In this document: positions 36,590 to 44,672 of the stretch, one piece after another | Layout of the letters: each line of letters begins with the position of its first letter | Position numbering within the stretch: the stretch's first letter is position 1 | Assembly (NCBI GenBank): GCA_041446545.1 | Contig: JBGOEJ010000004.1 | Span: 59,181 to 123,180 of the forward strand | Direction of reading: 5' to 3' | Origin: Candidatus Fervidibacter canadensis | GTDB lineage: Bacteria > Armatimonadota > Fervidibacteria > Fervidibacterales > Fervidibacteraceae | DNA length: 64,000 nucleotides | The notes under the pieces: model-generated | Seen by the model: only the letters and a program-made list of their open reading frames with translations | The model's database searches: none | Told to the model about the DNA's origin: nothing | Translations under genes and position numbers: made by a program

Positions 36590-36908
36590 TATCCTTCACG
36601 CCTTTCCGTTTTCGCTGGGTTGTTGTTGCGGATGGGCGTTCAAAGGGCAGTTTGGGCATGACCAAGATGAGGGCATTGTGCTTTATGAGGAGTTGAGCGC
36701 GCAGTCGGCGCAAGGCTTTCCGAACCCGATCCAATGCTTGCGCCTCTTGCGCCTTGGGCAGGTCAAAGCAGACATAGACCGTCTCTTCAGGACCGCGCCG
36801 ATAGTAAGCCTTATCCGCCAAGTCGGGGAAGCGAACCTTCAGCGCTTTCAGAAATTTTTCGGCTGCCAATCGCTCGTCGTCCGTCAACGGCTGTTCATGG
36901 TCTTTCAT
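36531..36908 (-). CDS. Hypothetical small protein (125 aa), basic C-terminal tail
   Basis: ORF with ATG start. Its 3' end overlaps the repeat-protein start by 59 nt. No motif recognised. Confidence 0.35.
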   Translation of the reverse strand: MKDHEQPLTDDERLAAEKFLKALKVRFPDLADKAYYRRGPEETVYVCFDLPKAQEAQALDRVRKALRRLRAQLLIKHNALILVMPKLPFERPSATTTQRKRKGVKDNEPIGKPVRRSRSGGAANR

Positions 36909-37038
36909 GACCTTTCACCCCCGAATAGGCACAGCCAATGCAAGGGGCGTATTCCCCTGCAGCCAGTAAAAGCCGCGCCGATCGCAAGTTGCTTTCTGCC
37001 TTTTGCCAATGCCCTTGCCAGTAAGGGCGCATCCGCAA

Positions 37039-38337
37039 TCACCACAGAGCGGGGGCATCGGGAGCAAAAAGCATGGCATCCCGTTCGGGACCGACGGAGA
37101 CGAAGGCGATGGGTGTTTCAGTCAACTCGCTGAGGCGATCTAAAAAACGGCGGGCGTTAGCGGGCAATTGATGCCATTCCTTCAAGCCGTTGAGGGGTTC
37201 TTCCCAGCCAGGCAAAGTTTCGTAAACGGGTTCAACCTCACTGAGCACGCAGGCATCGGCTGGAAAAGTCGTCAAGGTATCGCCTCGCCATCGGTAGGCG
37301 ACACAAAGTTTCACTTCGGGGAAACCCGAAAGGACATCCAATTTGGTCACTGCCATCGCTGTAAAGCCGTTGACTTGAGCGGCGTAGCGGACTAAGACGG
37401 CATCAAACCAGCCACATCGGCGGGGTCGTCCCGTCGTCGCTCCATACTCTCGTCCTTTCTCCCGCAGCGTCGTTTGTGCTTCCTCGGGCAATTCTGTCGG
37501 GAAGGGACCATCGCCCACGCGGGTCGTGTAGGCTTTGGTGATGCCCAAGACGGCAGTGATTTTGGTCGGTGGAAGTCCCGTGCCCGTGCAAGCGCCGCCG
37601 GCGGTCGTGTTGGAGGAAGTGACGAAGGGGTAAGTGCCGAAATCCACATCCAAACCCGTCCCTTGCGCGCCTTCTAACAGCAAGCGCTTGCCCGCATCGG
37701 CTTGTTCGTTCAGCCAAGTCACCGTGTCGGCGATGAAGGGTCGGAAAGTTTCGGCAACTCGTCGTAACTCTTCCCACAAAGCGTTGACATCGGGGCGCTC
37801 TTCGGGCGGGAGGGCATTGAAGAAAGCGCGCTTGTGCTCAAAGTTGATGAGCAACTTCTCCCGCAACCGTTCGGGATGGCGCAAATCGCCGACCCGCAAG
37901 CCGACGCGGTCTACTTTGTCCACATAAGTCGGACCGACACCTCGCCTTGTCGTGCCCAAACGCAACTGAGAGCCTGCCCGTTCGCGGGCGGCATCCAGCA
38001 TCCGATGGTAAGGCAAAGTCAAGTGGGCTCGGTCGCTAAGTTTCAACCGTTCGGGCGTGACCGTGATTCCTCGCTGACGGACAGCAGCCATTTCCTCCAG
38101 CAAGGCATGAGGGTCTACGACGACGCCGTTGCCGATGACACAAACGGTGTGGGGGTGGACGATGCCGACAGGTAAAAGGTGCAAGGCAAGCGGTTCGCCG
38201 TCGTGGATGACGGTGTGACCGGCGTTGGCACCGCCTTGAAAGCGGACAACGATGTCGGCTTCGCTGGCGAGGCGATGGACAACGGCTCCCTTGCCTTCGT
38301 CGCCCCATTGCGCCCCGATGATGACCAAGATAGGCAT
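37039..38337 (-). CDS. purA: Adenylosuccinate synthase
   Basis: IIGAQWGDEGKGAVV P-loop, GTTRRGVGPTY, TKLDVL. Confidence 0.95.
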   Translation of the reverse strand: MPILVIIGAQWGDEGKGAVVHRLASEADIVVRFQGGANAGHTVIHDGEPLALHLLPVGIVHPHTVCVIGNGVVVDPHALLEEMAAVRQRGITVTPERLKLSDRAHLTLPYHRMLDAARERAGSQLRLGTTRRGVGPTYVDKVDRVGLRVGDLRHPERLREKLLINFEHKRAFFNALPPEERPDVNALWEELRRVAETFRPFIADTVTWLNEQADAGKRLLLEGAQGTGLDVDFGTYPFVTSSNTTAGGACTGTGLPPTKITAVLGITKAYTTRVGDGPFPTELPEEAQTTLREKGREYGATTGRPRRCGWFDAVLVRYAAQVNGFTAMAVTKLDVLSGFPEVKLCVAYRWRGDTLTTFPADACVLSEVEPVYETLPGWEEPLNGLKEWHQLPANARRFLDRLSELTETPIAFVSVGPERDAMLFAPDAPALW

Positions 38338-38387
38338 GCACCTTCCCCCTTCTCGCGTCAGCCACAGGGATGCGAGCGGTCGTTTCC

Positions 38388-38417
38388 TTGACGGTTGTGT
38401 CCCTGCGGTGCTATAAG
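38388..38417 (+). promoter_or_regulatory. Candidate sigma-70-type promoter with extended -10 for the response-regulator/ABC operon
   Basis: -35 TTGACG (38388-38393), 18-nt spacer, TGcTATAAG (38409-38417). Confidence 0.45.
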
Positions 38418-38474
38418 TTTTAGCGCGCTTTGCTAAATGCCTTCCATGGATGCTTGGGGAGAGGTGAATCGCCG

Positions 38475-38894
38475 ATGCAGCAGCCAGTGGTCGGACAAAA
38501 AAAACGGGTTTTAGTCGTGGACGATGAGCGACACATCGTCCGCTTGGTGCAAGTTAATCTGGAGCGGCAGGGCTATGAAGTCCTGACGGCTTACGACGGC
38601 GTGGAGTGCTTGGAGAAGGCGAAGGCAGAAAAACCCGACTTGATCGTCTTGGATGTGATGATGCCCCGCATGGATGGCTTTGAGGCTCTCCAACGCCTCA
38701 AAAGTGACCCTGAAACCAGCCAAATCCCCGTCATCATGCTCACCGCCCGCGCTCAAGATAGAGATGTGCTGCAAGGCTATCAGTATGGCGCCGACCTTTA
38801 CCTGACCAAGCCCTTCAGCCCGCTGGAGTTGATCTCCCTCGTCAAGCGGGTCTTTGAGAGCCAAGAGGAAGAAGAGGGCACTTATCGGTTGTGA
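38475..38894 (+). CDS. Single-domain response regulator (CheY-like receiver)
   Basis: VLVVDDE, LIVLDVMMPRMDG (phospho-acceptor Asp), LTA, KPF. SD GAGAGGTGA precedes ATG 38475. Confidence 0.85.
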   Translation: MQQPVVGQKKRVLVVDDERHIVRLVQVNLERQGYEVLTAYDGVECLEKAKAEKPDLIVLDVMMPRMDGFEALQRLKSDPETSQIPVIMLTARAQDRDVLQGYQYGADLYLTKPFSPLELISLVKRVFESQEEEEGTYRL

Positions 38895-38914
38895 CGCCTC
38901 AAGGAGTCGGCGGG

Positions 38915-39913
38915 ATGGAAGAGTGCGTTCGTGTCGTTGACCTGCGCAAGTATTATCGGGTGCATGAACGAGAGCCGGGGCTTTGGAACGCCGTCAAGAG
39001 CCTGTTGCGCCGTCGCTATCGTCTCGTCAAAGCCGTTGATGGCGTTTCCTTCTCCATCTCTCAGGGAGAAATCGTTGGCTTTCTGGGACCGAACGGGGCG
39101 GGGAAAACGACGACGCTGAAAGTTTTGGCAGGGCTTCTTCATCCAACGGGCGGCGAGGTGCGGGTTTTGGGTTTTGAGCCCTTCCGTCGCCAACCTGATT
39201 TCCTGCGTCGCATCACTTTGGTCATGGGTCAACGCTCTCAACTCGTCTGGGATTTGCCTCCGATGGAAACTTTCCTTTTGCACAAAGCCCTCTATGACCT
39301 CAGCGATGCCGCCTTTCGGGAGGCTTTGGATGAACTCGTCGCCTTGCTGGATTTGTCGCCCTTACTTTCCAAGCCTGTCCGACAACTTTCGTTGGGCGAA
39401 CGGATGCGATGTGAATTGGCGCTGGCGCTGTTGCACCGCCCTCATGTTTTGTTTTTGGATGAACCGACTTTGGGGTTGGATGTCTTGGCTCAAGGGCAAA
39501 TTCGCCAATTCATCCGAGAATACAACCGCCGCACTCAAGCGACCATCTTGTTGACCAGCCACTATATGGACGATGTGATGGCTTTGTGTCGTCGGGTCAT
39601 GGTCATCAACCATGGACGGCTTATTTACGACGGCGACTTAGAGGAATTGCTGCGGCGTTACGGTCGCATGAAGGTCTTGCAAGTCCTCTTGGAGGATGGT
39701 GCCGATCCCCGTCCCCTTTCCCGATGGGGCGAAGTGGTTGCCTGTCAAGGGCAGCGGGTGACCTTGCGAGTAGAGCGGGAGGCAACTTCGGCGGTGGTGG
39801 CGGAATTGTTGGCGAGCGTGCCCGTGCGAGATTTGACCATTGAAGAGCCCCCCGTTGAAGAAATCATCGCCGCCATCTTCAACGAACCTGCCCCGGCGGC
39901 TTGCTTACCTTAA
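38915..39913 (+). CDS. ABC transporter ATP-binding protein (COG4586-like), no adjacent permease
   Basis: GPNGAGKTTT (Walker A), LSLGERMR (signature), LFLDEPTLGLD (Walker B), H-loop SHYM. SD AAGGAG precedes ATG 38915. Confidence 0.85.
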   Translation: MEECVRVVDLRKYYRVHEREPGLWNAVKSLLRRRYRLVKAVDGVSFSISQGEIVGFLGPNGAGKTTTLKVLAGLLHPTGGEVRVLGFEPFRRQPDFLRRITLVMGQRSQLVWDLPPMETFLLHKALYDLSDAAFREALDELVALLDLSPLLSKPVRQLSLGERMRCELALALLHRPHVLFLDEPTLGLDVLAQGQIRQFIREYNRRTQATILLTSHYMDDVMALCRRVMVINHGRLIYDGDLEELLRRYGRMKVLQVLLEDGADPRPLSRWGEVVACQGQRVTLRVEREATSAVVAELLASVPVRDLTIEEPPVEEIIAAIFNEPAPAACLP

Positions 39914-40021
39914 CTTTCGGCGAGACCCGTTGCGTTCGCACAAAGGCAGTGACACGCTTATCAGCGGTTCTTTTCCTTCAAAAACGACGCAGCAAACAAC
40001 GCCGTCAAGGGCAGGTGATTT

Positions 40022-40630
40022 GTGATGGCGCGCACTCATTTGGCGTCTTGGCGTTTTTCTCCCGCTGACGACCTTGCCGCTGAGTTTGAGGCGGCGGTTT
40101 TGCCTTTGCGAGATGAACTTCGCCGCTTCGCTTTGCGCCTGACCCAATCCCCTGAAAGCGCTGAAGATTTGGTGCAGGAAACTTTACTTCACGCCTTTCA
40201 AGGTTTTGGGCGCTTTCGGCGCGGCACGAATTTGCGGGCGTGGTTGATGCGCATCTTGCTCAACCTTTTCATCAGCCACTACCGTCAACAACAACGGGGT
40301 GTCCCGACGGTCTCGTTGGAGGGATTGCTGGAGGAGATGGAACTGGCGGAGGAAGAGGCGAGTTTGCTGACGGACCCTGCCGCTATCTCGCCCGAAGACG
40401 CTTTGTTGGCGCAGGTGTTGGACGAAGAAGTGGAACGGGCTTTAGCCCAATTGCCTGATGCCTTCCGAGAAGTGGTCATCTTGTGTGACCTGCAAGGGTT
40501 CTCTTACGCTGAGGCAGCGCAGCAATTGGGTGTGCCCATCGGCACGATTCGCTCTCGCCTCTTTCGGGGGCGGGAAATCTTGCGGCGGTTGCTTTGGGAT
40601 TACGCCCGCAAACGGCGTTGGGTGTCGTAG
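40022..40630 (+). CDS. ECF-type RNA polymerase sigma-70 family factor
   Basis: Region 2 (AEDLVQETLLHAF...RGTNLRAWLMRI) and region 4 HTH (FSYAEAAQQLGVPIGTIRSRLFRGRE). Confidence 0.85.
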   Translation: MMARTHLASWRFSPADDLAAEFEAAVLPLRDELRRFALRLTQSPESAEDLVQETLLHAFQGFGRFRRGTNLRAWLMRILLNLFISHYRQQQRGVPTVSLEGLLEEMELAEEEASLLTDPAAISPEDALLAQVLDEEVERALAQLPDAFREVVILCDLQGFSYAEAAQQLGVPIGTIRSRLFRGREILRRLLWDYARKRRWVS

Positions 40631-40649
40631 CGCCCTGCACGGTTCAAGG

Positions 40650-41420
40650 ATGGTCACCATGGAACGCTTTGAAGGCGATGCTGCCTGCGCAACTTGGCGG
40701 GAAGCCATCAGTGCGATGGTGGATGGCGAGTTGGCGCCGTCAGAGCAAAAAGCCCTTTGGGCGCATTTGCGCCATTGTGCTGCCTGTCGGGCTTACTACC
40801 GCCAACTCGCTGCCCTCCGCCAACGCCTCCACCGCACTGATGTCGTTCGCCTCTGGCTTCAATCGGTGAAAGCCAACCGACGGCTACGGCGTGGCTTGGT
40901 GGCGGCAATCATCGTGACGGCGTTGTTATCGGCGGGCGTGACGGCATCCTTCGTTCGCCGTCGGTGGCAGCCACCTGTCATGACGCCCCCCATCGCCGTC
41001 GGTCTCTTTGAGCGCCACCTTCAAGCGCCTCCTGAATGGCAAGCAAACCCTCACTGCTTTGCGGGGATGGAATGCTTGCATCAACGAACCGCCACGATCG
41101 CTCCCCTCTTCCTTGCTTTGCCCCGTTGGGGGCGATTGGAACGGATGGGCCTTTGTGAGTGCCTGAAAACGCCTATCGCCCTCTATCGCCTCACTGTCCA
41201 TGGGCAGCCCGTGTTGCTCTTCCAGTTTCCCGTTGACCGATTACCCTTGCAACCGACCGAGCAGGAACGCTTCACCTTCAACGGACGGACGGTCACCTGC
41301 GCTGTCGTCGGCGATGTTCATTTGCTGATGTGGCAAGAACGGGGACAAGGCTTCGTCTTGGCAGCACGGTCGGGCACGGTCAACCTTTTCCAAGTCCTTC
41401 AGCGCATCACCCTTCCTTGA
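40650..41420 (+). CDS. Anti-sigma factor (zf-HC2) with one TM segment
   Basis: CATWREAISAMVDGEL...HLRHCAACRAYY zinc-finger anti-sigma motif. TM segment LVAAIIVTALLSAGVTASFV. Start is ATG 40650 or 40659. Directly downstream of the ECF sigma. Confidence 0.65.
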   Translation: MVTMERFEGDAACATWREAISAMVDGELAPSEQKALWAHLRHCAACRAYYRQLAALRQRLHRTDVVRLWLQSVKANRRLRRGLVAAIIVTALLSAGVTASFVRRRWQPPVMTPPIAVGLFERHLQAPPEWQANPHCFAGMECLHQRTATIAPLFLALPRWGRLERMGLCECLKTPIALYRLTVHGQPVLLFQFPVDRLPLQPTEQERFTFNGRTVTCAVVGDVHLLMWQERGQGFVLAARSGTVNLFQVLQRITLP

Positions 41421-41432
41421 GGTGGACGGAAA

Positions 41433-42377
41433 ATGCAACGGCTGTCGGTCATCCTTCCTGCTTACAACGAACGGGGCAACCTCGCCCCTCTTTTGCGGGA
41501 AATCGCTGCCGTCGCCCAACAATTGCCTTGCGCGACGGAAGTCATCGTCGTGGATGATGGCAGCACGGATGGGACACCGTTGGAAGTGGAGCAAGTGGCT
41601 GGTGAAGTCCTGCCGCCACTGGAGGAAGTGACCCTCGTTCGGTTGAAAGGCAACTATGGGCAAACGATAGCGACGATGGTGGGCATTTTGCAGGCGGAAG
41701 GCGATGTCCTCATTTTGATGGATGCCGACCGCCAAAACGACCCCGCCGACATCCCCAAGTTGCTGGCGAAACTCTCCGAAGGCTTTGATGTCGTCTCAGG
41801 TTGGCGGAAGGAACGCAAAGACCCCTTCACAAAAACGCTCCCTTCCAAAATCGCCAACGCTTTGATCGCTTGGGCGACAGGTGTTCGGGTGCACGATTTA
41901 GGCTGTTCGTTGCGGGCTTATCGGGCTTGGGTGTTGCAAACCCTCGCTCAGGAAGGGTTGCACCACCGCTACATGCCCATCTATTGCGCTGCCAAAGGAG
42001 CCCGCATCGCGGAAGTCGTTGTCCACCATCGCCCCCGAACTGTCGGCAAGTCCAAGTATGGCTTGAGACGCTTCTTCGCTGTCCTGCACGACTTGCCCTT
42101 GCTCATCTTTCTCGCCCGCTATAGCCAAAACCCCTTTTCGGGTCTGATGACGATGGGGGTCGTGGCGGCAACCATCACCTTCCTCGGCTCGCTGATGGCA
42201 TTCTGGCTCCGACAAATGTGGCTGCTCCCTTTGATGGCAACTTTTGCCCTCGCTGGCATTTTTGGCGGGTTGGGCATCGTCGCCGAGCAAGGGCTGCGAT
42301 TAAGCGGCAAGCGGGTTGAGTTTGCCCGCCACGCCATCGCCGAAGTCCGTCAGTTTGCCCCTATTCGGCGCATCTAA
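41433..42377 (+). CDS. Family-2 glycosyltransferase (polyprenyl-phosphate sugar synthase-like) with C-terminal TM helices
   Basis: LSVILPAYNERGNL, VVDDGSTDGT and MDADRQNDP (DxD) motifs. Confidence 0.85.
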   Translation: MQRLSVILPAYNERGNLAPLLREIAAVAQQLPCATEVIVVDDGSTDGTPLEVEQVAGEVLPPLEEVTLVRLKGNYGQTIATMVGILQAEGDVLILMDADRQNDPADIPKLLAKLSEGFDVVSGWRKERKDPFTKTLPSKIANALIAWATGVRVHDLGCSLRAYRAWVLQTLAQEGLHHRYMPIYCAAKGARIAEVVVHHRPRTVGKSKYGLRRFFAVLHDLPLLIFLARYSQNPFSGLMTMGVVAATITFLGSLMAFWLRQMWLLPLMATFALAGIFGGLGIVAEQGLRLSGKRVEFARHAIAEVRQFAPIRRI

Positions 42378-42402
42378 GTGCAATTCCCTCGTCCCTGTCC
42401 CA

Positions 42403-43260
42403 CTACACCGCCAAATCTATCGCTGTCGCCACAAAGAGCAGGACGCTGACGATACCGTTGACGGTGAAAAAAGCGGTGTTGACTTTTTGAGGGTTGCCGG
42501 GTTCGGCGATAGCGTGCTCGTAGGCGATGAAGCCGACGATGAACAGCCACGCCACCCAAAATACCCGACCCAACCCCGCCAGTTCCCCGAAAAGGGCTAA
42601 CGCCAAAAGGAAAAGGGCATGAAGCATTCGGGCAACCCACAATGCTTTGCGGGCGCCATAGCGCACGACCAACGAATGCAGCCCGATGCGTCGGTCAAAT
42701 TCTTCGTCCAGCGTCGCATAGATGATGTCAAAGCCTGCCACCCAGCAAGTGACGGCGACCATCAAAACGATCGGCAACAACTCAATCGTGCCCTTCAACG
42801 CAATCCATGCCCCGACAGGTGCAATGCCCAGTGCTGAACCGAGCCAAAGATGCGACCAATCGGTGAAGCGTTTGGTGTAAGAGTAACCGAAGAGCCAAGC
42901 CAGCGTCGGGAAGGAAAGGACGAAAGCGAGCCGATTGAGTTGATAGGCAGCGAAGACGAAGATGAACGAAGCGATAAGGACGAACGCCCACGCTTGGCGC
43001 AAAGTCAACTTGCCCGTCGGCAACTCGCGATGACAGGTGCGGGGGTTGAGGCGGTCAAAGTGCAAGTCAGCGATGCGGTTGAAGCCCATCGCTGCCGAAC
43101 GCGCCCCGACGGCGGCGACGATGATCCAAAAGAGCTGCCGCAAAGGCGGCATCCCACCCGAACAAACCCACGCCGAAGTCAGGACAAAAGGCAAGGCGAA
43201 AACGGTGTGCTCAAACCGAACGAACGAAAGGTAAGTGCGGATGCGCTCTAAAACGAGCAT
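42403..43260 (-). CDS. UbiA-family aromatic prenyltransferase (4-hydroxybenzoate/MqnP-like)
   Basis: FVRFEHTVFALPF, NRIADLHFDRLNPRT (NxxxDxxxD) and a second Asp-rich motif YATLDEEFD. Lies divergent from the Mqn radical-SAM gene. Confidence 0.8.
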   Translation of the reverse strand: MLVLERIRTYLSFVRFEHTVFALPFVLTSAWVCSGGMPPLRQLFWIIVAAVGARSAAMGFNRIADLHFDRLNPRTCHRELPTGKLTLRQAWAFVLIASFIFVFAAYQLNRLAFVLSFPTLAWLFGYSYTKRFTDWSHLWLGSALGIAPVGAWIALKGTIELLPIVLMVAVTCWVAGFDIIYATLDEEFDRRIGLHSLVVRYGARKALWVARMLHALFLLALALFGELAGLGRVFWVAWLFIVGFIAYEHAIAEPGNPQKVNTAFFTVNGIVSVLLFVATAIDLAV

Positions 43261-43525
43261 GCTGCTATCGCCCCTCGGATGACGCTATCGCAACGATTGC
43301 CGACGCTCAATGCACCGTCTGCATCATAACGCATCCGACCTGACCCTCGCCATTCAGCGTCGTGGCTGCAATTGTCGCAACTAACCCGACGCTCTCTCCG
43401 ACCTTCCGTTGGAGCGGCTATTAGCCGCGAAGATGGCGATGCATCCTTTTGCCGATAAAACGAGATGGCGATGGGCGCGTTATCTTTTGCGGTGCGATGG
43501 TCGTTGCCTAAGGAGGTGCCTGTGC

Positions 43526-44626
43526 GTGCACGAGTTGTTGGCTCGCTCGGAACTGGCGGACATCGCCGAGAAGGTTTTGGCTGGCGAACGGCTGACGGAG
43601 GAAGACTGCGTTCGGATGTATCAAAGCCGCGACTTGCTCACCATCGGTTTCCTTGCCGACTATGTGCGACGGCAGCGGCATGGCGACAAAGCCTACTATG
43701 TCGTCAATGTGCACCTGAACTACAGCAATGTTTGTTTTGCGGGATGTCCTTTTTGCGCCTTCGGCAAGTTTCAAGATGACCCTGACGCCTTTGAGTTCAC
43801 GGTGGACGAGTATGTGGAGCGGTTGGGTCAGATGCTTTGGGATCGGGTGAGTGAGGTGCACATCGTCGGCGGGTTGCATCCTGACTTGCCCTTTGACTAC
43901 TATGTGAACTTGGTGCGGCGTGTCAAGGAAGCCTTCCCGCACATCCACATCAAAGCCTTTACCGCCGTAGAAATCCAGTTCTTCAGCGAGATTTCAGGGT
44001 TGAGCGTTCGCAAGGTTTTGGAGCGGCTGAGGGAGGCAGGGTTAGGCAGTTTGCCCGGTGGCGGAGCGGAAGTGTTAAGTGAGCGGTTGCATCGCATTTT
44101 GTTCCCCCGAAAAGCATCCCCGCAGCAATGGCTTTATGTCCATCGGGTCGCCCACGAGTTAGGGCTCAAGAGCAACGCCACGCTCCTTTATGGGCACATT
44201 GAGACGCCCGAAGAGAAAGCCCGCCACTTCGCTTTGTTGCGCCAGTTGCAGGATGAGACAGGTGGGTTCATGTGTTTCATCCCGTTGGCTTATCATCCCG
44301 CCAACACCCAACTGGGTGGGAAGCCGACGACGGGCGTGCAAGACCTCAAGGAAATCGCCATCGCACGGTTGATGCTGGACAATTTCCCCCACATCAAGGC
44401 TTACTGGATTTCGTTGGACCCCAAGTTGGCGCAAGTGGCGCTCAGTTTTGGTGCGGACGATTTTGACGGGACGGTCGTCAACGAGAAAATCTTCCACATG
44501 GCGGGAGCGCAAAGCCCGACGGGGTTGACAGAGGCGGAATTGCGGCGGCTCATTGAGGAGGCGGGCTTCGTGCCCGTTCGGCGCAACTCCCTTTACGAGC
44601 CGATAGAGGAAGTCGCCGTGCGTTGA
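43526..44626 (+). CDS. Radical-SAM menaquinone (futalosine pathway) enzyme, MqnC/MqnE family
   Basis: NYSNVCFAGCPFCAFG (CxxxCxxC cluster), GGLHPDLPFDYY, GLGSLPGGGAEV, NATLLYGHIET. SD AAGGAGGTG sits 7 nt before GTG 43526 (ORF-track start 43409 rejected). Confidence 0.8.
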   Translation: MHELLARSELADIAEKVLAGERLTEEDCVRMYQSRDLLTIGFLADYVRRQRHGDKAYYVVNVHLNYSNVCFAGCPFCAFGKFQDDPDAFEFTVDEYVERLGQMLWDRVSEVHIVGGLHPDLPFDYYVNLVRRVKEAFPHIHIKAFTAVEIQFFSEISGLSVRKVLERLREAGLGSLPGGGAEVLSERLHRILFPRKASPQQWLYVHRVAHELGLKSNATLLYGHIETPEEKARHFALLRQLQDETGGFMCFIPLAYHPANTQLGGKPTTGVQDLKEIAIARLMLDNFPHIKAYWISLDPKLAQVALSFGADDFDGTVVNEKIFHMAGAQSPTGLTEAELRRLIEEAGFVPVRRNSLYEPIEEVAVR

Positions 44627-44672
44627 GTCACTTTGGAAGGCGAAGGGAAGCACAACACTTTTGTGCGGGGTG

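Noticed and set aside
43409-43525. 39-codon N-terminal extension of the Mqn radical-SAM ORF
   Set aside because: Cys/Arg-rich sequence with no SD. A perfect AAGGAGGTG SD sits 7 nt before GTG 43526, giving a normal-length protein.
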